Shown here: piece after piece, positions 54,660 to 64,000 of the stretch
Position numbering within the stretch: the first letter of the stretch is position 1
Layout: each line of letters starts with the position of its first letter
NCBI GenBank assembly: GCA_963847445.1
Contig: CAWJZV010000030.1
Span: 448,001 to 512,000 of the forward strand
DNA from: an uncultured delta proteobacterium
Lineage (GTDB): Bacteria > Desulfobacterota > Binatia > UBA9968
Length of the DNA stretch: 64,000 nt
Direction: 5' to 3'
The notes under the pieces: model-generated
What the model was told of the DNA's origin: nothing
The model's input: the letters and a program-made list of their open reading frames with translations, nothing else
Databases searched by the model: none
Position numbers and translations under genes: made by a program

Positions 54660-57061
54660 TTACGGCTGTGCGCCGACGGAGAAGCCGAGCACTGCGGTCT
54701 CGTCAACAGATTTCTTGATGATGGCAAAACCGAGATCAACGCGCAAAGGACCAAAAGGAGACATCCAGCGGCCACCGACGCCAACCGAACTTCGCAGATC
54801 GCTGAAGTTAAACGAGTTGAAAGAATTGCCCGCATCAAAAAACGCCACACCCCGCAACCCGTATTGCTCCATGACTGGGAATGCGATCTCGGCGTTGAAC
54901 ACCGCTGCTCGGTCGCCGCCGACCACCTCAGTACCGGTACATTTGGTTACGCCATTCGTGGTCGTGCAACCGGAAGGCTCACGCGGCCCCATACTTCTAT
55001 CCTCGAACCCACGCACCGAATTGATGCCGCCGAGGAAATAACGCTCAAACAAAGGCAAATCATTGCCGCCGCTGTTGCCAGCAAAGCCGACACCGTAACC
55101 GAGCTGTCCGCCAAGTCCTAAGACGTAGGAGCCGCCCCAGTTCGGATCCTTAAACAACTGGTAATACCAACGGGCAGTCAAATCGGTTTTCAGAAAGCGA
55201 CTATCCCCACCCAGGCCTGCCATCGTCTGCGATAAACCTACTTTAGCGCCCGATGACGGTGCAAAAAAATGATCGCGGCTATCATAGGTTAGCCCCGGCG
55301 TTACGCTACTGGTCAGAGTGACTCCCCTGTTCATCCTTAATCGATGAAGACGCGGTCGCCGACACCTGCGTAATATCATCTCGGGTGAAGGCATAAGACA
55401 AGCCACCGCGCATGAAATCCCAAAAGGTAACTTGCTGGGTTGGACTAGCGTCGGATCCCAACGCCGCGGCATTAGCTGAGCTTTTGAAGAATGGCCAGGA
55501 AAAATCCTTGAGTGGGTAACTGCTATTGACGCCGAAACCCATCTTCTTTTCGTCGAAATCGTCATACTCGCGAGTAGTGTTAAACGCGTCCAGCCCCAGC
55601 GATACTTTAGAATCCAGGAAATAGGGGTCAGTCACGTTGAGGATGTAATCTTGCCGGCTCGTGCCAAGGCTAAAATTGCCGCTCATCGATTGGCCCCGCC
55701 CCATGAAGTTCTTTTCCGAAACATTGGCATTGAAAAGAAACCCATCACCGCTGCTGTACCCGGCGCCGACCTGGAAGGTCCCCGTCGGCCCTTCCTTGAC
55801 ATCGACCACGAGATCCAGCGCATCCGGCTGGTCGGTCTTTTTCGTGTTTAGCTGGACATCTTCAAAATAGCCGGTGCGCTGCAGGGCATTGCGGCTTTGG
55901 GTCACTTTGACGCCGGAATAAAGCTCTTGTTCGTTGACCAGCAATTCGCGGCGCACGACTTTGTCGCGTGTCTTGGTGTTTCCCGCGACCAGCACCCGGT
56001 TGAAATATACCGGCGGCCCCTTGGCGATCACCAGGGCGACATCGACGACCTTCTTCGCTTGGTTGACCTGGGTTATCGGATCGACCTGCACGAACGCGAA
56101 TCCCTTGTTCGCATAGCGTCTCGTTTAGCGCGGTGATATCTTCACGCAAGCGGCTGCCGCGAAAGATTTGTCCGGTGGTAAGCTTAACCGACTTGAGCAT
56201 TTTCTGACCGTCGTCGATCAAGTCCCCACCGATCTCCACTTTGCCGACGCGATATTGCGCGCCTTCATTGACCCGGAAGATCACTTCGAGACCGTCGCGC
56301 GCCCTAACGATGACCGGTTCGTCTATTTTGTTATCAACGTAACCATTGTCGTTGAAATGATTCGACAGAATCGCCACGTCATTGGCTAACATATCGCGAT
56401 CGAGCACGCCGCGGTTGGTGAAATAAGAAAAAATCCACTCCTCTTTCGTACCCAGCAAATCCTTGAGTTCACCTTCGGAGAACGCTCGATTGCCTTCAAA
56501 CGAAATGCGCTTGATCAGCAACCGATTCCCTTCGTTGATATCGAGCACCACCGAGACTTGATTGTTCGCTTCCGCCGACACCGCGAAGTCCACCGCGGCA
56601 TTCACATAGCCCTGATCGGTGTAGAGCTTACGGACTTTGTCGACACCTTCCGATACTTTATTGCGGTCCAAGATCGTTCTCGGGGCCACCCCCAGAGCGG
56701 TCTCGATTTTGTCGCGCGACACCTGCGACTGGCCTTGGATGCGGACTTCCCGGATATAGGGTTTTTCTTTAACCGCGTAAGTCAGGACATTGTCCGGCGA
56801 CAACTCGGCCTGCACATCGTCGAAGAAACCCATGCGAAAAATCGCTTTGACGTCTTGTTCGATGGCGGCAGCGTTGAATGAATCGCCCGGCCGGCTCTTG
56901 ACGTGCAAACGGATGCCGTCCTCCTCGACCCGGACATTGCCACCGATGCGCACGTCTTTGAGCCGAGTCCCCTCTTGAGCGAAACCGGCACTGACGCCCA
57001 ATCCAGCGACGGCGACCGATAGAAAAATAAAAAAGCTGCTGAGAAATTTGCTGGGCTTCAT
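54660..57061 (-). CDS. bamA: Outer membrane protein assembly factor BamA (frameshifted)
   Basis: POTRA repeats (GNVRVE, MGFFDDV, GNTKTRDKVVRRE), GAGYSS, GGINSVRGF, W.SPFGPLR. Confidence 0.94.
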
Positions 57062-57154
57062 GGATGGCTTCGGTCAAATCGCTCTCCAAAGTTGCCAACG
57101 ATTCCAATTTATTAGCAAATCGAACCATTTTTGTAAAGGATTCGGGGCCTAAAA

Positions 57155-57833
57155 CTAACCTGCGAACAACTGACCGTCGCGCAGTTCGATGCGCCGGCCG
57201 ATTCTATTGGCGAACTCATGGTTATGGGTGGCGACGATCAGGGCGATTTTCTTTTCCTGATTGAGCTGAAATAACAGCTCTTGCACTTCTTCGCCAATGC
57301 GCAGATCCAACGACCCCGTGGGTTCGTCGGCGAGCACCAAACTGGGCTGCAGAATCACCGCCCTGGCGACCGCGACCCGTTGCTGCTCACCGCCGGAAAG
57401 CTTGCCCGGCCGATGGCTCATGCGGTCTTTTAGTCCGACACTTTCCAGCAAGCGTTCGCCTTCGCTGCGCGCCTGTTGCGCATCCATCCCTTGAATCAGA
57501 GCCGGAAACATGACGTTTTCAATGGCCGAGAAATCCGGCAACAAATAGTGAAATTGAAAAACGAAACCGATCTGGCGATTACGAAACTGGCACAGCGAAG
57601 TCTCATCGTTCAACGGCAGCTCTTTGCCGCGGAAAAGAATCTGCCCCGAGGTCGGCCGGTCGAGAGTACCGAGGATATGCAGCAACGTGCTCTTGCCGAC
57701 CCCCGACTGTCCGACAACCGCGACGCGCTCGCCTTCGGCCAAATGCGAAATTGGCGCCGCGCAAGACATGAATCTCGGTGGCGCCCTCGGTGAACGACTT
57801 GCGCAAATCGCGCACGGCAAGCAGTTCACTCAT
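57155..57833 (-). CDS. lolD: Lipoprotein-releasing ABC ATPase (N-terminal frameshift)
   Basis: [54 protein letters not shown]. Confidence 0.92.
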
Positions 57834-59073
57834 AACGAATGATTTCCACGGGGTCGAGCTTGGCCGCCTGGCGCGCTGGATAGAGGCTCGCCAACAAACA
57901 AACGACAAACGACGCCAGAGCCACCAGGAGAAAGTTGCTCCAATAAATTCGTACCGGCACCGTTTGAATCAGGAAGACGCCGTCCGGCAATTGAAATTCA
58001 TACTTGGAAATCAGGATACAGACCAAAAAACCCAAGACCACGCCGAGAATCGTTCCCACCACACCGATCAAACAGCCCTTCAGTAAAAATATCATACGGA
58101 TGCTCTTTTGGGTCGCGCCCATGGAACGGAGGATGGCAATATCCTTGCGCTTCTCCATGACCACCATGACCAGGGTCGAGACGATATTGAAAGCGCCGAT
58201 CAAAACCATCAGCAGCAAGACCAGAAAATAAACGGTCTTTTCCAATTTCAGCGCGGAAAACAGATTGGGCCACAAGCGGGTCCAATCCTCGGCGAAATAG
58301 GGGAATCCCAGCTGCCGCTGAATCCGGTCAGCGATTTCTCGCGAGCGGCTGACGTCTTGAACGCGCATCTCAATATTGGTCACGCTATCGCCCAGTTCAA
58401 AAAACTTCTGGGCATCGGTGAGACTCATAAAAATCAAGGTCGAATCGATCTCGCTCATGCCGCTCTTGAGAATGCCGCTGACGACAAAACGGCGCACTTT
58501 GGGAATAACCCCGATGGCGGTGGGACTGCCCAACGGCGACACCACCTGCACCGCGCTGCCGCGAAAGACACCCAACTGATTGGCGAGCCGTTCGCCGAGA
58601 ATAATCCCCGGCAAACTTACGGTGCGCTCATCGACCTGGATCGGGTGCTGGCGCTTGAGACCGTCAAGGCTGCCCTCGCGCATGAAACTTTGGAGATTCA
58701 CCACGCCATTGACGCGATCGGGATCGACGCCGCGAACCACCACGCCGGTAACGCGCGGCCCCGCGGTCAGCATCACCTGGCCGTAAATCGTCGGTGACGC
58801 CGCCACGACACCCGGCACCTTACTCATTTGCTGCGCCAGTTTATCATAATCCCTCATCGGCTCGCCGGAGCGAACCAAGGCGATATGCGCGTTGATGCCG
58901 AGCAAGCGGTCGCGCAGGGTTTCTTCGAAGCCGGTCATCACCGACATGACGACGTTCAACGTCATGACGCCGATCATGACGCCGCAGATCGAGATCAGGG
59001 TGATCAGCGAGATAAACGTTTCGCGCCGGCGCGCCTGCAAATAACGCAGGCCGATAAAAAATTCGTAGCGCAT
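57826..59073 (-). CDS. lolC: Lipoprotein-releasing ABC permease LolC/E
   Basis: IGLRYL, SVMTGFE, NLFSALKLEK, AFNIVSTL.M.V.EKRKDIAILRSMGA, YPARQAAKLDP. Confidence 0.9.
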   Translation of the reverse strand: MRYEFFIGLRYLQARRRETFISLITLISICGVMIGVMTLNVVMSVMTGFEETLRDRLLGINAHIALVRSGEPMRDYDKLAQQMSKVPGVVAASPTIYGQVMLTAGPRVTGVVVRGVDPDRVNGVVNLQSFMREGSLDGLKRQHPIQVDERTVSLPGIILGERLANQLGVFRGSAVQVVSPLGSPTAIGVIPKVRRFVVSGILKSGMSEIDSTLIFMSLTDAQKFFELGDSVTNIEMRVQDVSRSREIADRIQRQLGFPYFAEDWTRLWPNLFSALKLEKTVYFLVLLLMVLIGAFNIVSTLVMVVMEKRKDIAILRSMGATQKSIRMIFLLKGCLIGVVGTILGVVLGFLVCILISKYEFQLPDGVFLIQTVPVRIYWSNFLLVALASFVVCLLASLYPARQAAKLDPVEIIRYE

Positions 59074-59093
59074 CGGGTGGATTGACGTGAAGA

Positions 59094-60600
59094 TTAACGG
59101 TGCGGGCGCAATAGCGGGAAAAGGATAACATCTCGGATGGACGGAGAGTCGGTGAAGAACATCACTAAGCGGTCGATGCCGATACCTTCGCCGGCGGCCG
59201 GCGGCATGCCATACTCAAGCGCGCGAACATAATCATCGTCGATGGGATTGGCTTCCTCGTCACCGGCGGCGCGGGCTTGCATCTGTTCGAGGAAGCGTTG
59301 CCGCTGATCGGCAGGGTCGTTAAGTTCCGAGAATGCGTTAGCGAGCTCCCGGCCACCAATGTAAAGCTCGAAACGATCGACCATGGCCGGGTCGTAATCG
59401 TTTTTGCGCGCCAGCGGCGAGACTTCGACGGGGAAGCCGGTCAAAAACGTCGGCTGAATCAATTTCGTTTCGGCGACTTCTTCAAATACCGCCACCAACA
59501 GCTTGCCGTAAGGCACATCGAGATCGATCTTCAAACCGCGCTCTCTGGCGAAGGCTTGCAAACCCGCCAAGCTCGCCACGTCTTTCTCTTCGGCGCCGCC
59601 ATGAAGCAACACCGCTTCGCGGATGGTTAAACGCCGCCAAGGCCGGGTCAGGTCGATGGCGGCGCCGTTATACGCCAGCTGCAAACCGCCGGCGAGATCT
59701 TCAGCGATGGCGACAAACAACTCCTCGGTCAATTGGATAAGATCCTCGAAGGTCGCGTAGGCTTGATAGAACTCAACCATGGTGAATTCCGGATTATGCC
59801 GCACCGAGATCCCTTCGTTGCGAAAATTCCGGTTCAGTTCGAAGACCCGCTCAAAGCCGCCGACCAGCAGCCGCTTGAGAAACAGCTCCGGCGCGACCCG
59901 GAGATACAACTCCAAATCGAGAGCGTTGTGATGGGTCGTAAACGGCTTCGCCGCGGCGCCGCCGGGAATCGACTGCATCATCGGCGTCTCGACTTCGAGA
60001 AAGTCGCGCTCTTCGAAAAACCGCCGCACCAAGCGGACGATGCGCGAGCGTTTTTCGAACACCTCACGGACCTCAGGGTTGACCATGAGATCGACGTAAC
60101 GCTGGCGGTAACGCGCCTCGACATCGGCCAGACCATGCCACTTCTCCGGCAGCGGCCGCAGACACTTGGTGAGCAGCCGCAAGCCAGCGGCCTCGACAGT
60201 CAGCTCATTGGTCTTGGTGCGAAACAGATGGCCCGACACACCGACCAGATCGCCGATATCGAAGCTCTGAAACAAGCCGTAGGCATCATCGCCGAGCTTA
60301 TCTTTACGCGCGTAGACTTGCAGCCGGCCGCGCCGGTCTTGGATATGAAAGAAGGACGCCTTGCCCATGCGCCGGATCGCCATGATCCGGCCGGCCACGA
60401 CGATCTGCGCCGGATTGGCATGCAGCTCTTCGTCGCTCGAACTACCGGCTGCGGCAAAGACAGCGGCCAGCGAATGAGTCGGCTTGAAATCGTTGGGGTA
60501 AACGATTTGGCCGGCATCGCGGAGCTTGGCGAGCTTTTGCTTGCGGACTTCGACCTGCTCGTTTTCTTCTGCGACGACCAGAGGTTGCGTTATCAGACAT
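59094..60600 (-). CDS. lysS: Lysyl-tRNA synthetase class II (N-terminal frameshifts)
   Basis: AGRIMAIR.MGKASF, RYRQRYVDL, GGAAAKPF.THHN, FRNEG...HNPEFT, GMPPAAGEGIGIDRL. Confidence 0.96.
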
Positions 60601-60664
60601 GATGCTTTCGCTGACCGGCGGCGCCGGCGGAAGAATATCTAAAAATTGCCCGCAGGAGAAAAAA

Positions 60665-61528
60665 TTAAAGACCGAGATTGCGATGAATCGCCAGCACCGA
60701 ATAGGACTTATTCAACGTGTAAAAATGCAACCCAGGCACGCCAAACTTAATCAATTCCTCGCACTGCCGGGTGGCATAATCGATGCCCAGTTCAACCGCG
60801 CCGTCGTCATCGTTCTCGACTTTCCCCAGTTCTGTCTCCAGATTCGCTGGGATCTTCGAACCGCAAAGCGCTGTGAAACGGCGCACCTGCGGCGCCGATA
60901 GGAGCGGTAAAACCCCGGGAATGATCGGCGCGGTGACGCCAAGCTTGCGCAGATCGTCGCTGAAGCGGTAAAAATACTGATTATCGAAAAAAAGTTGGGT
61001 GATGATCGCATCGGCACCGGCATCGACTTTCTCTTTTAGGAAACGCAAATCAGCTTCCCGGCTCACCGCCCGGGGATGGACTTCCGGAAAGCCCGCCACC
61101 GCCACAGAAAAAGACCGCATCGCTACCGCCTCGCGAACCAATTCGATGGCGTGATGGAATCCGTCCGGATGCGGCTGCCAGTCGGTCATGCCCTGGGGTG
61201 GATCGCCGCCCAGAGCGAGAATATTTTCAATACCATGTTCTTTGAGTTTTCTCAGCACGGCGCGCGCATCGTCCTTAGACTGTCCGACCACGGTTAGGTG
61301 ACACATGACATCGAAACCGCAACCGGAATGAATCGTCTCCACGATATCGACGGTTTTTTCGCGCGTGCTTCCGCCCGCCCCGTACGTAACAGAACAGAAG
61401 GCGGGGTTTATCCTCTTGATCAGCTCGATTTCGCTGAAGAGGTTTTCCTCGCCTTTTTCTGTCTTTGGAGGAAAGAACTCAACCGATAGGGTCAAGCTAG
61501 GCTGGCTGTAAAGCTCGGCTAATCTCAC
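60665..61528 (-). CDS. metF: 5,10-methylenetetrahydrofolate reductase
   Basis: SVEFFPPK, SVTYGAGGST, AGFPEVHP, LKEKVDAGA..ITQLFFD, GLHFYTLN. Confidence 0.95.
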   Translation of the reverse strand: MRLAELYSQPSLTLSVEFFPPKTEKGEENLFSEIELIKRINPAFCSVTYGAGGSTREKTVDIVETIHSGCGFDVMCHLTVVGQSKDDARAVLRKLKEHGIENILALGGDPPQGMTDWQPHPDGFHHAIELVREAVAMRSFSVAVAGFPEVHPRAVSREADLRFLKEKVDAGADAIITQLFFDNQYFYRFSDDLRKLGVTAPIIPGVLPLLSAPQVRRFTALCGSKIPANLETELGKVENDDDGAVELGIDYATRQCEELIKFGVPGLHFYTLNKSYSVLAIHRNLGL

Positions 61529-61629
61529 ACAAGTCCTAGATGACTACCTGGCGCTCACTACTATTAGTAGCACAATGGTTCTGGCGTCGACAAATGTACA
61601 GCGAGAGAAAATGCAAAAATCTTCCAGGG

Positions 61630-62035
61630 TTACACGGTTTTGACCCGTTCGCGGGCGGCGATTGGGTCGCACCCCGAATCACTTTCCGGAGTGATTAGCC
61701 GACGCAGCGCATCGGTGTGATCGAGCCAAAGTTGCTTGATGTCGTCCGGCAGGCCATGGGCCTCGATGGTCTCCTCGCAAGATCTGCCGCCTTCTGGCGA
61801 AGTGGCCGCCCATGATCGGATGCTTGGCATGGACCTGGTCAAGCGGACGGCCGTGATATTCCACTGGCGCACCGAGAAAACCGGCGGCGAGTTGGTACTC
61901 CATTTCTTTAATGCGCGCCTTGTCGGCGTTGCGAAAGAAAAAACCGATCATGCGATCGGCGAACACGCGGTCGACGAAGGTATCGATGACGGCGCGAAGT
62001 TTGACTTCGCCGCCTAATTGCTCAAATGGCGTCAT
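61630..62035 (-). CDS. Group I truncated hemoglobin (frameshift near 61775)
   Basis: FEQLGG..., IGFFF, FLGAPVEYHGRPLDQVH (proximal His), GHF; C-terminus ETIEAHGLPDD in a second frame. Confidence 0.82.
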
Positions 62036-62100
62036 GGTCGTGGAAATCTTGAATTGGCTCCGAAGTCAATTCACAGGCCATCCCGAGCCGCGCGAAAATG

Positions 62101-62421
62101 CTACATCATTCCCAACTGCAGCCGCGCAGCTTCGGACATTTTGCTTTGCTCCCAAGGCGGATCCCAGACCAGATCGATGGAGACATCGCTGACGCCCGAA
62201 ATCGTTCGCACCTTTGCTTCGATTTCCGCCGGCATCGACTGCACCGCCGGACAATGCGGCGAGGTCAGCGTCATGCGAATCGCCACCGCCCCTTCGCCGC
62301 TGACCTCGACCAGGTAGATCAAACCGAGCTCGTAGACATTCACCGGGATCTCCGGGTCGAAGATGGTGCGCAGCGCCTCGATGACTTCAGCTTCGATAAT
62401 CGTTTGATTGATGCTTTCCAT
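62101..62421 (-). CDS. DUF59/SufT-like Fe-S assembly protein (PaaD-like)
   Basis: ALRTIFDPEIPVNVYELGLIY, MTLTSPHCP, LVWDPPW..MSEAARLQLG. Confidence 0.9.
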   Translation of the reverse strand: MESINQTIIEAEVIEALRTIFDPEIPVNVYELGLIYLVEVSGEGAVAIRMTLTSPHCPAVQSMPAEIEAKVRTISGVSDVSIDLVWDPPWEQSKMSEAARLQLGMM

Positions 62422-62434
62422 TTTTATCACTTGG

Positions 62435-62983
62435 CTATTCAATACCGAGTTGATGTTTGGCTTCCACAGACATGCGGCTCTGGTTCCACTGCGGCTCCCA
62501 GACCAGTTCGACTGCCGCCTCGCGCACATCCGTCACTTCGAGCAACTTGCGCTTGATATCGGCTTTGAGAAACTCGCCCATGCCACATCCCTGGGCGGTC
62601 AAAGTAAAATGGATCGTGGCTTTGTGGCCGCCGCTGGGCAGCGCCTCGACCTGGCAGTCATAGATCAATCCCAAGTCGACGATATTGACCGGGATTTCCG
62701 GATCGAAACAAGAGCGCAATTGCTCCCAGACGCGATCCTGCACCGAACCCGAAGCTGCCGGCGTTTCAACCCTTGGCGACGGCCCCTCTGACAAGCCCAG
62801 AGCGTCGCCGTCGCGGCCATCGACGCGCACCGTATAACCGTGATCGGTCATCACGGTGTAGCCGCCGCCCAGCGCCTGGGTGAGCCAGACCTTGCCGCCG
62901 GCGCGAAGCGACAGCGGTTCGCCGCTTGGCACCATCACCGCCGCACAGTCCCGTTTAAGAATAATCGGTTGGTCAGTTGTCAT
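62435..62983 (-). CDS. sufT: Fe-S cluster assembly protein SufT
   Basis: RDC.A..VP.G, TQALGGGYTV, CFDPEIPVNIVDLGLIY, TLTAQGCGMG. Confidence 0.9.
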   Translation of the reverse strand: MTTDQPIILKRDCAAVMVPSGEPLSLRAGGKVWLTQALGGGYTVMTDHGYTVRVDGRDGDALGLSEGPSPRVETPAASGSVQDRVWEQLRSCFDPEIPVNIVDLGLIYDCQVEALPSGGHKATIHFTLTAQGCGMGEFLKADIKRKLLEVTDVREAAVELVWEPQWNQSRMSVEAKHQLGIE

Positions 62984-63014
62984 GATCGCGGTCTCATTTC
63001 GTTATGGGTTCAAT

Positions 63015-63467
63015 TCATTCGGTCTTGGCCGGCTGATTTTCGCCTTTGAGCGCCGAGTGCACGGTGTGCCAGGCCAGACTTGCGCATTTCACCCGCGCGG
63101 GAAATTTGCACACACCGGAGAGCACCGCGAGCTTGCCCAACCGCTCGGCGCCGCTTGCGCCCTCCGGCTCGCCGGTCAACATGTGATGCACATTGTCAAA
63201 AAGTTCGTAGGCCGCGCTTTCGGGTTTACCCTTGAGCTCGGTGGTCATCATCGATGCCGAAGCTTTCGAGATGGCGCAGCCCGAACCTTGAAAGCTGATA
63301 TCTTTGATCACACCCTCTTCCACCTGGAGAAACACCGTGACGTGATCGCCGCACAGCGGATTATAACCCTCTGCTTGGCGATTGGCCGCGGCCATGACGC
63401 GAAAGTTCCGCGGACTCTTGTTATGGTCGAGGATGACTTCTTGATAGAGATCGTCGAGTTCCGACAT
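63015..63467 (-). CDS. sufU: SUF system sulfur-transfer protein SufU
   Basis: LYQEVILDH...PRN, NPLCGD, GSGCAISKASAS, FPARVKCASLAWH. Confidence 0.95.
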   Translation of the reverse strand: MSELDDLYQEVILDHNKSPRNFRVMAAANRQAEGYNPLCGDHVTVFLQVEEGVIKDISFQGSGCAISKASASMMTTELKGKPESAAYELFDNVHHMLTGEPEGASGAERLGKLAVLSGVCKFPARVKCASLAWHTVHSALKGENQPAKTE

Positions 63468-64000
63468 TAGCCAAACACCTTCAAGACGCGCTCGATGGCG
63501 CGCACCAGCACGTCAATTTCTTCGATGGTATTGTAGAATGCAAAGGACGCCCGCACCGTCGCCGGCACGCCGAAACGCTGCATCACCGGCATGGCGCAAT
63601 GGTGCCCCGCGCGCACCGCGACGCCTTCCTGATCGAGGATGGTGCCGACGTCATGGGCATGCACCTGGTCGAAAACAAATGACAACACCCCGGCCTTTTC
63701 CTTCGCCGTGCCGATAATGCGCAGCGCGGGGATTTCTCCCAACGCCTCGGTGGCGTAGCGAAGTAATTCGTCCTCATGGGCGACAACCGCCGGCCAATCG
63801 AGGGCGCGCAAATAGTCCACCGCCGCGCCCAATGCGATGCCATCGGCAATATTGGGCGTGCCCGCTTCAAACTTGTACGGCAGGACGTTGTAATGAGTTT
63901 TTTCAAAAGTCACGAGACTGATCATGTCGCCGCCGCCCTGATAGGGCGGCATTTTTTCCAGCAACTCGGCGCGGCCGTACAACACCCCTACCCCCGTCGG
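63467..64000 (-). CDS. sufS: Cysteine desulfurase SufS (C-terminal part, runs off window)
   Basis: MPPYQGGGDMI, KFEAGTPNI, HAHDVG, VRAGHHCAMP, RASFAFYNT. Confidence 0.95.
   Translation of the reverse strand, partial: PTGVGVLYGRAELLEKMPPYQGGGDMISLVTFEKTHYNVLPYKFEAGTPNIADGIALGAAVDYLRALDWPAVVAHEDELLRYATEALGEIPALRIIGTAKEKAGVLSFVFDQVHAHDVGTILDQEGVAVRAGHHCAMPVMQRFGVPATVRASFAFYNTIEEIDVLVRAIERVLKVFG

Overview
High-GC bacterial chromosomal window. The gene repertoire (Rieske oxygenase, amidohydrolase, UbiD, orphan solute-binding protein, lpxI, split rfaE1/rfaE2) suggests a deltaproteobacterial/Binatia-like genome; this is inference. 1-14.4 kb is an accessory region: Rieske oxygenase (partial), aapJQM, a GATase, an orphan ABC binding protein flanked by two tiny unannotated membrane-peptide genes that each have a sigma54-type promoter, ArfB-like release factor, amidohydrolase, AbrB membrane protein and opgGH (also with a sigma54-type promoter). 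14.5-25 kb holds housekeeping genes: M20 peptidase, miaA, mutL, ubiD-like, rfaE2-rpmB, rel, gmk, yicC. 25-60.6 kb is an almost entirely minus-strand envelope super-cluster: lysS-lolCE-lolD-bamA-skp-lpxD-fabZ-lpxA-lpxI-gnnA-like-lpxB-msbA-waaA-lpxK-gmhB-epimerase-waaF, three Kdo/WaaP kinases, and an AT-richer cassette of glycosyl-, methyl- and sulfotransferases. 60.7-64 kb holds metF and the end of a suf operon with a truncated hemoglobin. Many essential genes are split by small indels, most likely assembly errors. The most notable unexplained signal is two diverged copies of a ~250-nt highly structured non-coding element inside the LPS cluster (40369-40614 and 51546-51798), with compensatory changes and a G-U bias that points to the antisense strand.
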